From: Octopus vulgaris
Taxonomy: Eukaryota
Assembly (NCBI GenBank): GCA_951406725.2
Contig: OX597827.1
Span: forward strand, 78,616,001-78,680,000
Reading direction: 5' to 3'
DNA length: 64,000 bases
The notes below the pieces were generated by a model. That model did no database searches. It saw only the letters and a list, made by a program, of their open reading frames with translations, and was not told where the DNA came from. Below, in pieces: positions 1-13,759 of this stretch. The translations under genes were made by a program, and so were the position numbers. Position 1 is the stretch's first letter, and each line of letters starts with the position of its first letter.

Positions 1-1592
1 TCTTGAATGGAAGGCAGGCTTGTCAGGACCTGGTTGAGATGTGGAGGAGAGCTTGGCAGATACAGGGCTAGTTTGGTAGAAAGCTCATGACAGAGTTTGA
101 CCGTTGCTGGGTGAAGATCTCCAGTCACTTGGTGCTCCAGTAGAAGTGGGATGAACTGAGACTTAGATAAAAAGAAGAGATGATCATGGCTGGAATGTCT
201 TTGATCATAGGGTTGCTTCATTGAGGTTGGCCTGGGGCTAAACAACAACTAGCTGCTGTTGAGCAAGGAGCCTCAGTGGTTGCTTAACTAGCTAGAAATA
301 GTAGCCAAATACATTACATGGTCACAGATTGTCTGCTTTGAACCTAAATAATGACATCACCATTGAATGATGTGCTCCTGTTGACATCCTTTTGTATCGG
401 GAGACAATGGAGTTGCACATCTGCCACTTTTTACAGCTGCACTGAAGTGTCCTCCAGTTTTGCGCAGGCCTGGGCTAGATGTAAGAAAATCCTGGGTAGC
501 CCAATTGTCACGATTCCTCTCTCGACTTTGCTGACATAGTCCAAAGGAGTGCAGAGCATGTTTGGCACCAGCTTGGTTGCAGGAGCTGCTGAAAGAGTGT
601 CAAGTCGAACACTAAACCACCAATGGGGCTCCACTCTGGATTTCTTTGAAGGCTGTCTCCTTTCTGTAACCCTGGATAGGGGCCTGTCAGCCAGAGCCAG
701 CTGAGCCTGGGACTCGTGTCAGGCAGGGTTGTCACTCTCTGAAGTAGTGAAGAAAATCATAACCCACTCCCTAAATAGACTATATCTGAAGAAAGGCAGG
801 ATGGTCACAGCTGGAACCTCTTTGATCAGCGAGTGGCTGGATCAGAGTTGATCTTGAGACAAGCAACAATATATTCCTTTCTGAAATGGAAAACTGATTA
901 TTGTTGATGAAAACACAAGATCATTAAATTTTTATCTATTGATTAGAAACTCTCAGCCAATCATTCAAGTCTCTTCTGGAAATCTTTGTCTACCCCCAGT
1001 CTACTCCACCCCAACCCACACCCTTCTCTTTTCTTAAACTTGAGCTTTTGGTGGGACAAAAAGTTGAATCAGGTGCTGATGTTTTGTTGGTGTAATCTGG
1101 GTGGTTGGTTGAGGAAGGCATATTCAGGGCCTTCACAGGCTCTTCCAAACCAAAATCTTATATCTTGCAAGCTTCATTAATAATGCTGACCTTTCATAAA
1201 CATCTTATAAGAAGGAAGCTTTTAAAGGGTTGCTCTTCTTGCTAGAAATATCAACTGAATCTCCCTCAAATCATATTCTACCATTCTAAACATGGTAGGG
1301 CATCAGATAATGTACTCCTGGCTGTACTGTCTTAAGGGATGGAAACACTGGACAGATACTAGGGGCCCACTGTAAATCCATGAATGTTGTAATTTGTCAA
1401 ATACTACAGGCCTTAGTGTCTTACTTGACTGGGGGTGGGGTATGGCTATGATGCTGTTAAGACAGCCCTGAGTGCTAGGTATATTAACCCTAAAGATGAT
1501 AGGACGGTCATGCCTGGAATACTTAACCATGGTTCAGCTGAAACAGGATGGGGTCAGGGCTAAGCAGCAACACCTTATTTGTTGTAGTTGAA

Positions 1593-1780
1593 CCCTTTAA
1601 CGTTCAGATTATTCTGTAAATAAATGTAATGCCTATTTATTTACATTGTTTTCAATTATCTTCTTGTTTTGAGATTTCAATGACATGTTAGGGTAAGTGT
1701 GAGAGGCCAGATCAGGTTGGTTTGAACATAAAACTGGTAGAATATTTTGGCTGGATCTGACCAGTTTAAATGCTGAAGGA
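1593..1780 (+). mobile_element. Second piggyBac-like MITE family (another copy at ~12340-12556)
   Basis: TGAA-CCCTTTAACGTT...AATGCTGAAGGA-TTAA; internal homology with 12340-12556. Confidence 0.6.
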
Positions 1781-2294
1781 TTAAGACTGATTTCCTGGTT
1801 AGTGGATGTATCAAGCCATGATGTTAACATACTATAGCTGTCTGTCTATGATGTCTCTATCCTTAGCGAAGGCACTTAGCCTAATGGTTAGGGTATTTGG
1901 CTTACAAATGTAAGGTTGTGAGTTTGATATCCAGGCACACATTGAGTCCTTGAGCAAGACACTTTATTTCCCGTTGCCCCAGTTGACAAAAATGAGCAGT
2001 ACCTGTAATTCAAAAGGCCAGCCTTGTCACATTCTGTGTTGTGCTGAATCTCTACGTCAAGGGCATGTGTATCTGTGGAATACTCAGCCACTTGCACATT
2101 AATATCACAAGCAAGCTGTTCTGTTGATTGGATCCATTGGAACTCTGGTTACTGTAACTGATGGAGTGCCAGTCGTGCCACAGACACAACCATCTCCTCC
2201 AATAATCCTGCAATAATCCTCCAATGTTCAAACCATATTCTTCATGGAGTGACTTTAATGTTGCTATTCTCATTCATTCAACAATTGAACTCCG

Positions 2295-2667
2295 CCTTAC
2301 TGGCACTTGTGCTGGTGGCACGTGAAACGTTACCTGCGTCACCTTATTGGCACTTGTGCTGGTGGCACGTGAAAAGACATTCGAGCAAGGTCGTTGCCAG
2401 TGCCGCTGGACTTGCTCCTGTGCAGATGGCACATAAAAAGCACCATTTGAGCGTGGCTGTTCCCAGTACCACCAGATTGGCCCTCGTACCAGTGGCACAT
2501 AAAAACACCCACTACACTCTCAGAGTGGTTGGCGTTAGGAAGGGCATCCAGCTGTAGAAACTTTGTCAGATCAAATTGGAGTCTGGTGCAGCCATCTGGG
2601 TCACCAGTCGTCAGTCAAATCGTCCAACCCATGCTAGCATGGAAAGCGGATGTTAAATGATGATGAG
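2295..2667 (+). mobile_element. RTE 3'-tail repeat (family B)
   Basis: Internal GGTGGCACGTAAAAAGCACC repeats, GGTTGGCGTTAGGAAGGGCATCCAGCTGTAGAAAC and a (GAT)n tail; the same 3'UTR follows the RTE ORF at 18471-19692. Confidence 0.85.
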
Positions 2668-3584
2668 AATCACGTTCTGGAATTTTATCCCCGATAAACT
2701 AATGACCTCGTCTTTACAGATGAAGCGTTTTTTTAAAATATTTACATGTAGCCCACTGATCCATTTGATCTCCAACTGTCATCATTTAATATCTATTTCC
2801 CATGCAGACAGGAGCTGGCAGGACAAGGTACCACGCTAGGGTCCATAGTCTGTTTTAGCTTGGTTTTTCAGCTGGAGGCCCTTTCTAACACCAACTAATT
2901 CACAAAGTGCACTTGGGGCTTTTCGTGTGCAGCACCAGCACCAAAAGGCACCTGATGTTGATCAGTGATCAGATTGATCAAAACATGGCATCAGGAAAGG
3001 CATCCAGCCGCAGAAACCATGTCACAACAGACAAATGGAGTCTGGATAGCTCCGCGGCTGGCCAGCTCCAGGTCCTACTGCCCAACCCATACCAGTATGG
3101 AACACGGACGTTAAATGATGATGATAGTGTGTGAGTGTAAATATTGGTTTCAAATTTTGGTACAAGGCCAGCAGTTTCTGGGGTGGGGGTTAGTCAATTG
3201 CATTGACCCCAGTGCTCAACTAGTACTTATTTTATCGACCTTGAAAGGATGAAAAGCAAAGATGATCCCAGTGGCATTTGAACTAAGACGAAATGTTGCT
3301 AAGCATTGTGCCTGGCATGCAAATGATCTACCGGCTCACTGCGTTAGTGTTTGTGTAAATATTAAAAAATCTTTCAGTCTCTTATGACAAGGTTAATAAT
3401 CTGAACAATTGTGATTGTTTTATGAGCAATCAAGCTACTTAAGAGTCATTTAATTATCTCAGCTGTTGAGAATATCATTGACAGAAAACAAAGTTTTGTT
3501 GGAGAAACAAAATTTAAATGTTTCAGTGCGTGTGTCTTAAAAATATTACTTATAAAGGGCAGGGGTTTCAGTTTTAAGACATTA

Positions 3585-4368
3585 CAGAGTGTTCGGGCTA
3601 AATTTGACAGTTCACATAAAAGGGAAGGGAAACACAATACCCCAACCAAAAGATAAAAGTATTTAAAAAACATAAAAAAATATCAGATCAAGGATGAGAA
3701 GTATGTTTCCCTTGGCTTCCAGCATGGCTTTAAGATGGCTCCAGAACCTGGTGCATAGGTTCTTAGGAAGATTTTGGAACACCTCCTTGATCTTGGCCAC
3801 CGTCTCAGTTTTGCTATTACAGTTGGTGTCTTTCTCAACCACAGACCCTACACAGTAATCCATGAAATTATACCAGAAATTGGGGCTTGTGAAATCCTAG
3901 AAATTCTCATGACAACCACTTCTGACTCTTTCCAGTGGTATGGCAAGGAGCCAAATCCTGCTTCCAGACATGGCCTTCCAGTAGCTTCCCATAGGTATCT
4001 TAAGACCCTTTTCAAAGATGTGGGGCAGCATAACTTCACTCTCACTGGGGACACACTCAAAGACCTGCTAGCCACAGCTTTGTAGTCTTCACTGCAGTTG
4101 TCCATGTCACGTCTTACAACTTTTACAATGTACACAAAGCCTTGACCAACAGTAATGATGTTGGCATTTTGACACAAATCTTCCCAATACAGGTAAACCT
4201 TTCCCGATATTCAAATGGCTTCCAGTCTTCCATATCAGCTAACTTTTTCTGAACTACGACTTCAATATTGATTCTTTCCAATGCCATTGATTGTTCATTG
4301 ATACATCAAGCTCTTCCCAAAAACAAGGAGACATTTTTTTTAAAAATCATCAAATTTAGTCTGAGCAG
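3585..4368 (-). mobile_element. Degraded, internally deleted maT/DD37D-like Tc1/mariner element
   Basis: Degenerate TIRs CAGAGTGTTCGGGCTAAATTTGAC / CTGCTCAGACTAAATTTGATG with TA flanks. C-terminal remnant MDYCVGSVVEKDTN...HLKAMLEAKGN. Confidence 0.7.
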
Positions 4369-4718
4369 TAAATGAGAGATAAATCTCCCAATAAAAGATT
4401 CCAGTTTATTGCAGGTGATAATCCCAGAATTTCTGGTACCAAGTCCCCCAAACATCCAGAAACTTACACATTCCTGAAGTGAATTTGAACTTGTGGTGCA
4501 GTAGTTGGTAGTCTAATATTCAATGCATTAACCTATTGAACATCCATTTAGGTTAGACTGAGGTGAGATGGATGCAAGCTTAGGCCATGGGGTCAAGAAA
4601 TCTACCTGATAATCACACAATTTCAAGGTTTGATCCTCCTGAACAGTATCTTGAAGAAGTGTTTTCTACTCTAGTTATTGATCAACCAAAACCTTATCAG
4701 TGAAATTTAGTGAACATA

Positions 4719-4916
4719 TTTCGTTTTTGGATTTGGTTTGCAAGATTCTTTATATGAGTTTGTGTGTTGAAGCATATTCTGTTGTGTCTGGGGAGAGTCA
4801 TTTTCTTTTTGTGCCTTATAATTTAATACACTCACCAGTAAAATTTCCACTTTTCTTATTTTTATTGTCCTAAAATTTTCGTTGCATCTGGCAACCTTTT
4901 CAATAGTTTTGACTCT
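4719..4916. mobile_element. ~200-bp insertion flanked by a 12-bp direct repeat
   Basis: TTAGTGAACATA at 4707-4718 and 4917-4928 (TSD-like). Confidence 0.55.
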
Positions 4917-7900
4917 TAGTGAACATAAACTGGGCAGAAATCCATCACAAGGATTTTTTTCTTTTTTGTGGTTAGAAATAATATGTTTCCCTGTTTTTGG
5001 TGTCTTTCGTGCATGGCACTTTTTCAAATAATCTGGCCAGTCATACTTGCACTTCTTCCGCTGACCAGACCATGATGAGGTTTTTATATTTAAGCCTGTA
5101 ACCAGGTGAGGAAGAATGGTGCTCATGACCCCCCTTTTTTGGGGTGGGGGGGTTCCATGACTGTAGACCAGAGACTTGGTTCACCTGTAGCGAAGTGGAC
5201 TGTGTTAATCTCACCTGAATGCCAAGTGAAAGGGCTTAAACTGGGTGCAATAGATTAGGTCTACTTCTCAACAACAGGGGTGGTTCCACTAATGGACTGC
5301 CAAAATTTCAGTCACCTTGTTCCTCTCTGTTTCTTACTAACTCTAAATGCAACTCCTTTCCTTCCTCTTTTCTCCATCCCTTCCATTCCTCTCTCTTTCT
5401 CTCTCCTCCTGACACAGTTTCCTTTCTCATTCTCACCATCGTCCACCATCCCATATCAATAATTTGTTCCTTTCATCCTATTTTAATTTCTTTCAACATC
5501 TCACCGCAAGCCATCACTCTCTTATTCATACTTCCAGTCAGCGGTTTTTTTTAGACAAGGTAACATCGCTACTATTGATGCTGTGGGAAAAGAAAAAATA
5601 CGTTCTTACTACACTATAAAGTAGTTGGTGAATTGAGCAGATCTAACATGCAATGTTGAGAGAACACTTTGGTCTTGTTAAGAGCTGTGACGACCCCTCT
5701 GTGCTGGTGCCACAAAAAGCAAATGCACCCAGGACTCTCTATAAAGTGGTTGGTGTTAGGGAGAGCATTCAGTTATAGAAACCATGCTGAATCTGATACA
5801 CTGGAACAAGATGTGGTCGTCTAGCTTATTAAATCTTGTTGGTCCCTTCAACCCATGCCAGCATAGAAAGCAGATGTGAAATGAACATAATGATGAAGGT
5901 GGTGAGGATATTGTCGTTCTACTCTGCACCCTAAAAGGGAACACTTATTCAAAGTCCCACTGATTGGGATCAAACCTGAAACCACAAAGTTGTAAAGCTC
6001 TTAACCTCGCAGCCATGTCTATACTCTGGACTTTCTACACTATAATTGTGAGTTCAAATCCACCGAAAATTTTTCTGAACGAAACATTTTCTATATACCT
6101 CCCAGTTCCATTTGCTTTTAGTTTTAGGCACTAAGGTATATGTGAACCCCTGAAATTGATCTCGCTTCTACTTGACACCACGAAAACGGAGCTCAGGGCT
6201 AACCCTTAAAAACATTTCAGGCTTTGAGGTCTTTATTTGCAGACTTTAAAAAAAAAATTGAGTTGCAGGGGTGATTTCACTATGGAAACGATATCAGTCA
6301 CTAATTGCCGTCGGAAAAGATAAGAGGTTTCTGTCTCTCAGGCACCGTGATTCATGTCTTGTGGATTTTGTGTGAATGGAGAAGAAAGTTGGTTACAGAT
6401 TTGAGGACCTACAACGGGCAACAATTTACAAGACTGCCATCTCGCTCTCCACTGTACTGTGTCAGTGTTTACCATCTGCACATCAGGGTGTTCTGTTCTA
6501 TTTCTGGATAACAGATGAGGGTTTGGGGGATCACTTCCTTTCTATTACGTCGCTCGTTCGAGAAGGACCTGGCGATTATCAAACACAAGTGGTAGACGTC
6601 TTTCTCCAGCACCTCTAGTGTAATCAAGAGTACAGTCCCCTTACACTGCAATGTTCCACCTCATCCGTACAGATGGCAGGACAATGTGATGTAAGAGATG
6701 AGTGTTGATGGATGTAGGATGTAGAAGAGAGAAGATGAGGCCAGAGTGGATGCTGACTGATATGAAAGACAAGATTGAAGTAAGCTGAGAGTGTGGTGGG
6801 ATATGAAACCCCTTTCGTTGCCATGGTGAAATACACTGCCTTTATTTCAATTAATTTTTGAAACGAATGAAAAGTTTTGTAAAATACTTTTGTCGTTATT
6901 AAGCTGGTGTTTGGCACGGATGGACGGGCAATTTTGGTGGAAGACTTTAATTTCGATCGCTTTAAGACAGGAAGGTAGTATGGAGGAAGCGGTCTCAAGG
7001 TGGGTTGGTGTGAAAGGGTCAAAGATGTCAACTAATGTATGTAGGAGAGGTAATGGTGCTGGTACAGACCCCTGGTGAGGGTTGATAGTGGGGGCGGCAG
7101 TAGAAGAAGAGGAAGTGGTCGTGGTCAAAGAACAAAGGATGATGTAGGTTGAAGTGTTTGAGTTTTATAGTTGAGGTGACAAAGTTTCAAGAAATGTGAT
7201 TGTGGACCTGTGCAACCCATATTAAAATGATGAGTAAAATTATGAGGATGATCTCTCGTGGCCTTCAAAAGTTCCAAGCTTAATCCCTTAATCTCTTTCA
7301 TGCTCTTCTCCTCTTTATGGCTTTCTTACAGTTCTTATCTAAAAAGAAGCGTAGCGTAGTATTTATGGGGGTTGGACTAAGGGTTATAAGGTCTGTCATG
7401 GGTTGAAGGGTCCAATTTCTAAACTAGGCGACACATTGTGTCTTTGAGCAAGGCACTTCGTTTCACATTGCTCAGCTGAAATTGAATAACAACCCCCTCC
7501 CAATGCAACCCTTTCTCCTTCCAGCTGTTATATCTTCAATGTTCTATTGAATCCAAGGTAGGAAGTCTTAACACAGGGTCTGTGTCCACTCACAACCATA
7601 TAGACAGCTAAAAACAGCAGAAGCATGAAACAAGCCACCAAACCATTTTCTCTTGTGACAGTTCAATTAACCTTTATTTTCAGTTCTTACCATTTATCCT
7701 CTGCACTCTTCCTCTTCCTTTGGCTCTTCTTCCTCTGTTCCTTTTCTTGCAGCAGCATTCTGTCTCCTTTTTAGTCATCTCTGTTGAGTTGTTGTGCACC
7801 TCTGTATTGGCAGCGTCAGTTGAATATGTGACCGAGGGTTAAACCAAGAGTTCCCAACCATTTTTTCGCCTCTGGACCCCTTTGTTTGTTATTTTACTCT

Positions 7901-8048
7901 GGTGGACCCCTATAGCCATTTGATATTGAAAAACTAGTTTTGTAGAGACTTCTTTTTAAATCCCTATTTTGCTATTCCTGCAGTTTGAACTCTGTAGGAA
8001 CATTAATGAAAAGACCAAGCTCTTTCTTCCAATAAATACATCTAAAAA

Positions 8049-8280
8049 GGCAGCAAGCTGGCAGAATCGTTAGCACACCGGGCAAAATGCTTGGTGGTAT
8101 TTCATGTCATTATGTTCTGAGTTCAAATTCCGCCAAGGTCAACTTTGCCTTTCATCTTTTCGGGGCCGATTAAATAAGTACCAGTTACGCACTGGGGTCG
8201 ATGTAATCGACTTAATCCCTTTGTCTGTCCTTGTTTGTCCCCTCTATGTTTAGCCCCCTGTGGGCAATAAAGAAATAAAT
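8049..8280 (+). mobile_element. SINE family C (GCTGGCAGAATCGTTAGC head; GCCTTTCATCCTTTCGGGGTCGAT central domain)
   Basis: B-box GAGTTCAAATTCC and a conserved central domain recurring many times in the window (also ~10351-10570, 22771-22870, 29588-29720, 61635-61858; minus-strand 3145-3345 and 61080-61230). Confidence 0.8.
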
Positions 8281-8876
8281 ATATCTAAAGCAAATATTTT
8301 TGTAATGTATCTTTTAAATACTGCTGTGGCTCCCTAATTTACTATTTTGCAAGTGTCTTCTACTATAGCCTTAGGCCAACCAAAGCCTTGTGAGTGGATT
8401 TGGTAGACGGAAACTGAAAGAAGCCCATTGTGTGTGTGTGCCTTTGTGTCTCACTACCATTGCTTGACAACTGATGTTGGTGTGTTTACATCCTCGTAAC
8501 TTAGCAGTTCAACTAGAGAGACTGATAGAATAAGTACTAGGCTTACAAAGAATAAATCCTGGGGTCAATTCCTTTGACTAAAGAAAACCCTTTAAGGTGG
8601 TGCTTTAGCATGGCCACAGTCAGTGAAACAAAAGAATAAAAGAATATGAGGGCTCAGTAGAGTAAAAAGGGGAGCAAAGGGATGCATGGCTACAGAATGG
8701 TTAAGGCCCATTGTAATCCCTATCAATAAGGAGTCAATGAGCAAAGTCTATAACACAAAATGACCAGATATCAATAAATACCTGGAATGGTATTTGTTGG
8801 GGAAAATAAAACCTTTTAATTCACAGACCAGCATCTAAGACAGTCTGTATTCTTCACCAGACATGGAACAGGCTAA

Positions 8877-9492
8877 CCTTTTCGTTACCATATTTCTGTT
8901 CAGATGATCTGTGTTTCTTTCAATTAATTTTAAATATAACAGAGAATTTAATAAAATAACTTAGGCGCAGGAGTGGCTGTGTGGTAAGTAGCTTGCTAAC
9001 CAACCACATGGTTCCGGGTTCAGTCCCACTGCGTGGCATCTTGGGCAAGTGTCTTCTGCTATAACCCCAGGCCGACCAATGCCTTGTGAGTGGATTTGGT
9101 AGACAGAAACTGAAAGAAGCCTGTCGTATATATGTATATATATATATATATATTTGTTTGTGTGTCTGTGTTTGTACCCCTAGCATTGCTTGACAACCGA
9201 TGCTGGTGTGTTTATGTCCCCGTCACTTAGTGGTTCGGCAAAAGAGACCGATAGAATAAGTACTAGGCTTACAAAGAATAAGTCCTGGGGTCGATTTGCT
9301 CGACTAAAAGGCGGTGCTCCAGCATGGCCGCAGTCAAATTGACTGAAACAAGTAAAAGAGAGTAAAGAGTATCATTAAGCTAATGTTAGGAACATAAATT
9401 GTGACTAAGGTTTGGTGGAAGATTTTAATTCAGAACTTTTGAAAACAAGACATTTGCCAGAGCAGGTTTCAGCTGGGTTGGTAACGAAAGGG
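8877..9492 (+). mobile_element. piggyBac-like MITE (~220 bp) with nested CORE-SINE
   Basis: TIR CC(C)TTTCGTTACCA / TGGTAACGAAAGGG with CTAA and TTAA flanks. Same family at 40976 and 56774. Confidence 0.8.
8964..9370 (+). mobile_element. tRNA-derived CORE-type SINE, family A (full length)
   Basis: Head GGCGCAGGAGTGGCTGTGTGGTAAG...GGTTCAGTCCC (A/B boxes), CORE-like CTTGGGCAAGTG, internal (TA)/(TG) tract, tail GACTGAAACAAGTAAAAGAG. Confidence 0.9.
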
Positions 9493-9611
9493 TTAACTGA
9501 CCTGTGTCCATTACTGGTCAGGTAGTATATGTTCCAGCCCTACATATCACAACAACCATTTACAGAATCTGGTACAGTGTAAACTTAACCTGCATCAATA
9601 GGCCGAGTAAC

Positions 9612-10135
9612 TGTTAGTTAGTTAGTTAGTTAATTTGGCTCAAAAGCAAATAGCAAGGCCATGTAGGGGGACATGGAGTTACACTCCGGAAAAGGTCGAG
9701 CGTCCTCCTGTTCCATGTCTCTTTCGAAAACTGTTTGATGTTGGCAGTTTTATCTTCTTCTTTGCTGTTTCTGCAAGAGTGATCATGTTCTTTATGTTGG
9801 CAGCCTTGACACTGGTTAATATGGATAATCTATGTTACGAAAATGTGTGTGTAGATACCCACAGTAAACTAGGGGTACACAAGACATAGAAGGACCAGTG
9901 GCAGACTGACACACAGGCAAGAACTGCATGTGTAGCAGTTGTACAGGAGTCAGGATGGCTCCCTAAGAGTAGTCGGTAGCTTGTTACCTAGGGGACCAAA
10001 TAATCAGAGAAATGTGTTCTGAAAGCATATCTTCCAGCGCAAGGATACTGTAGGAAAGGATCAGGGACATATTGTCTTTACTAGTTGCATTCTCTTTCCC
10101 TGAGTGAAGGGCAAATTACGCGATACTGTAGTCTG
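9612..10135 (-). mobile_element. Probable non-LTR retrotransposon 3' end with (TAAC)n tail
   Basis: (GTTA)4 at the left end on +; coding-like minus-strand remnant with CTTATHAVLAC (possible zf-RVT-like motif). Clade not determined. Confidence 0.45.
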
Positions 10136-10565
10136 AAGGGCAATGTTGTATCATAAGGGTATTGGGGGTGGGGGGAAGAATGTGATACAAATATGGGTTA
10201 ATATGACTGGGAGGTCATCTGGCTGTAGAAAATCTACCTCAGCAGATTCTGTCTGACCCATGGAAAAGTGGACATTAAAATGATGATGATGATCAATAAT
10301 ATACATATCGAATGTGTGTGTGTGTTTGTCATCTATATTATTATAGTTAAGGCAATGAACTGGAAGAATCCTTAGTGAATTGGGTAAAATGCTTAGTGGA
10401 ATCTCTTCTGGCTCCTGAGTTCAAATTCCACTGAAGTTGACTTTGCTTTTCATCATTTTGGGGTTGATGAAATGAATACTAGTTCAGTCCCAGGGTAATG
10501 GATGGGGTCTGTGTAACTTACTGACCTCGATTCTAAAATCGATGGCTTGTCTCAAAATCGGAAGC

Positions 10566-10583
10566 TATTATTATTATTATTAT

Positions 10584-10614
<31 letters not shown>

Positions 10615-10615
10615 G
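10566..10615. repeat. Compound microsatellite (TAT)n(AGT)7(GGT)n
   Basis: Direct reading; AGT x7 at 10585-10605. Confidence 0.9.
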
Positions 10616-10929
10616 TGGGGCGCATGGCTTAGTGGTTAGGGTGTTGTACTCACGATCATGAGATTGTGGTTTCAGGTCCTAGGCCAGGTGGTGTTGTTGT
10701 GTTCTTGAGCAAAACACTTCGTTTCATGCTGTTCCGCGATCACTTCAACACGTGATGTGGGGTACACCTGTGCACCTGTTCAGGTAACATTGGTTTGATG
10801 GGAGGGATGAGCTGATGTGTGCCACAAGCATTTGATCTCTAGAAACAAATCATTTTTACCGATCGTTTGGCAAAAGCTGAATATTCATTCGTCGTCTTCA
10901 GTGGGAGAGTCCATAATTGTTATTATTAT

Positions 10930-11463
10930 TGAGTGAAAGAGCAGTGTGTACCATCAGTCACATTGGGGCATAAATATACGAAGCCCAGTATACCCATCTG
11001 ATAAGGGTACACCAGGCACATACATCACAGCCAAGTGTGTGGAACATGGGGATCTCATATCAAGATAAACAGCACATGACCTTGCAGGTGGGGCTCAATT
11101 AGGATGTTCCTTCAAGTTGAGTAGCCCATCCCACTCAAAAGGTTCCTGAGTAAGGGTTGTTTAAGGATGTTGAAAGAACCACCCATGTTTCCAGAGGTGA
11201 ACTATTCAAACCCCAAAGAATCCCTCTCAACACATGGCTATGATGCTCCCCCACTACTTCTGCTCGTGATCAGAGATGCAAATATCGTCAGCCACTAAGG
11301 GACATGCTCAACTGGTTACGGTCAAACAACTGACTAGCAAATCTGTGCTATTGAGCAGAATATTTGCTGTAGCCCATCTTTTATACCAAGACAAAACAAT
11401 GTACATGATAACACTTCCAATCAGTTAAGATCAGAGCCATGAGAGCCACTGCCTGGTGCTGCA
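10930..11463 (-). mobile_element. ~530-bp interspersed element embedded in (TAA)n microsatellite
   Basis: Sharp boundaries with (ATT)n on both sides; no ORF of 60 aa or more. Confidence 0.5.
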
Positions 11464-11491
11464 ATATTATTATTATTATTATTATTATTTA

Positions 11492-12090
11492 TGGCAATGA
11501 ACTATTGGAATCGTGAGCACACCAGGCAAAATGCTTTGTGGTATTTTGTCTGCCGCTAGTTCAAATTCCACCGAGGTCGACTTTGCCCTTTTGGGGTCGA
11601 TTAAATAAGTACCAGTTATGCACTGGGGTCAATATAATCAACTTAATCCGTTTGTCTGTCCTTGTTTGTCCTCTCTGTGTTTAGCCCCTTGTGGGTAGTA
11701 AAGATATTTTGTCCATCTTTATGTTCTGAGTTCAAATTCTGCCAAGGTCGACTTTGCCTTTCATCCTCTTGGAGTTGATAAGGACCAGTTTAGTCCTGAG
11801 GTTGATGTAATCAACTTAACCCCCCTCCCAAAATTTTGGACCGTGTGCCTGTAGTAGAAAGGATTATTATTATTAAGGCAGCAAGCTGGCAGAATTGTTC
11901 GCGCTCTGGGCAAAAAATGCTTAATCGGCATTTTGTCTGTCCTCATGTTCTGAGTTCAAATTCTGCTGAGGTTGACTTTGCCTTTCATCCTTTTAGGGTT
12001 AATAAAATAAGTACCAGTTGTGTACTGGGGTCGATGCAATCAACTTGACCCCTCCCAAAATTGCTGGCCTTGTACCAAAATTTGAAATCA
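11492..12090 (+). mobile_element. Three tandem/nested family C SINE copies
   Basis: GTTCAAATTC...GTCGACTTTGCCTTT appears at ~11560, ~11730 and ~11955; the last copy follows an (ATT)n tract. Confidence 0.8.
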
Positions 12091-12642
12091 TTAATATCAT
12101 ATTACTAGTATACCCATATCATCAAAACTGAAAATAGTCTTAATAGATACAGAGGATGGGGCATCCAGTGAAATCAGGTTTTTTTTATATTAAAATATTT
12201 TTTGAGCAAACTCATAAAAATTGACAGCCAATATTTCACGAATGTGTATAAATGCTTTCTGCTGAAAAACAAAATGATGGACCACAATACATCTATAAGC
12301 ACTTTGATGGCAGCTGTGCTCTGGGAAATGACATCTTTTTTACTAGTTCAGGTGACTCTGTCAAGTCCAATGCTTATTTATTCACATTGTTTTGAATTAA
12401 TCATGCTTTATCTCGCAACTTGGAGATTTTAATGATGTGATTGTTTATTTTTACAATGGCATTGTAGGGTATGTGTGAGAGAATGGATCTATCCAGTTTG
12501 AATACAAAACAGGTAGAGTACTTGGACTGGATCTGGCTGGACTAAATGCTAAAGGGTTAGTAATAATTATGAAAATTTCAGTTAAAAAGAAACAATGATG
12601 CCGGTCATCCTTCTAGAGGCAAGGAAACTGTCCATGCAGTCT

Positions 12643-12975
12643 CATCATCATCATCATCAACGTTTAACTGGGGTCTGGGAAGCCAGGAGGCTGCACCAGG
12701 CTCCAGTCTGATCTGGCATATTTCTACAGCTGGATGCCCTTCCTAATGCCAACCACTCCGTGAGTGTAGTGGGTGCTTTTTACGTGCTACCGGCACGGGG
12801 GCCAGGAGAGGCTTGCAGCGGCCACGATTGGTTGGTGCTTTTTACGTGCCACCGACACTGGTATCACAACTACAATTTCCATTTGATATTTATTTTGATG
12901 TTGATGTTACTTGACTCAATGGGTCTCCTCAAGCACAGAAGGTCACCCTACGATCCAAGGTAAGCACAGCAGGTC
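12643..12975 (-). mobile_element. RTE 3'-tail repeat (family B)
   Basis: Reverse complement of family B; shares a subfamily segment with 44100-44478. Confidence 0.85.
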
Positions 12976-13759
12976 GTTTACACTTCCATCAAATAGCTGA
13001 CCATTCTTTAATCCACTTTGGATTATAAGAAAGAATCAGGTTTTAACAAATCTTTAAGATTAGCCCCTTTTATTTAAAATTTTGTTTTTGTCTTGTTACT
13101 TTAGCAATGAAAAATGTCTTCATTAAATTATCTGCATTAATTTTTAATAATTCATTCATTTTATGTTTTTTTCCTTTCTTCCAGGTCTCTTCTCTCTCTG
13201 TTGCTAACAGATTCCTGTCAGATGGTTCCCAGATGTAATTAACCGGATTAAACCGAGCACCTAACAAACCCCTGCAGAAGCTACTCTGTATGTCAATAGG
13301 GGATCTTTGAATAAACTCTTCTGCCAATGTGACAGTGTTCACATCCCAGAGATACCCCTTCGATCCCACCACCACCAAACACACTGTCAATTGACAGAGA
13401 ATCTCCTGAAATCAAAATGTCAAAGAGTTGATGAAATCTTTTGATAATTAATTACCTGTCAACTATGTACCTGTAATTAAGGAACATATGTATGTATGTG
13501 TGTGTGTGCATGTGTTTGAAAATGTGTGTTGACATAAAATCCAACTGTTTGGTTCTTTAGTTTATTTTAGTGTCTGCAGCCAAAGCCATGCTGGAGCAAA
13601 GTAATCCTTTGACCAAAGTACTTTCAGCCTGTGGAACTAGTTGATAACAGATGCTAGACTTGGCAGGGTGGTTTCTTCAGTTCTTCTTCTTGTTATAACG
13701 CTAAAATTCTGCTCTCCTCAACCAAACCTGCCGCTACATAACTCTTCTAAACCATAAAC

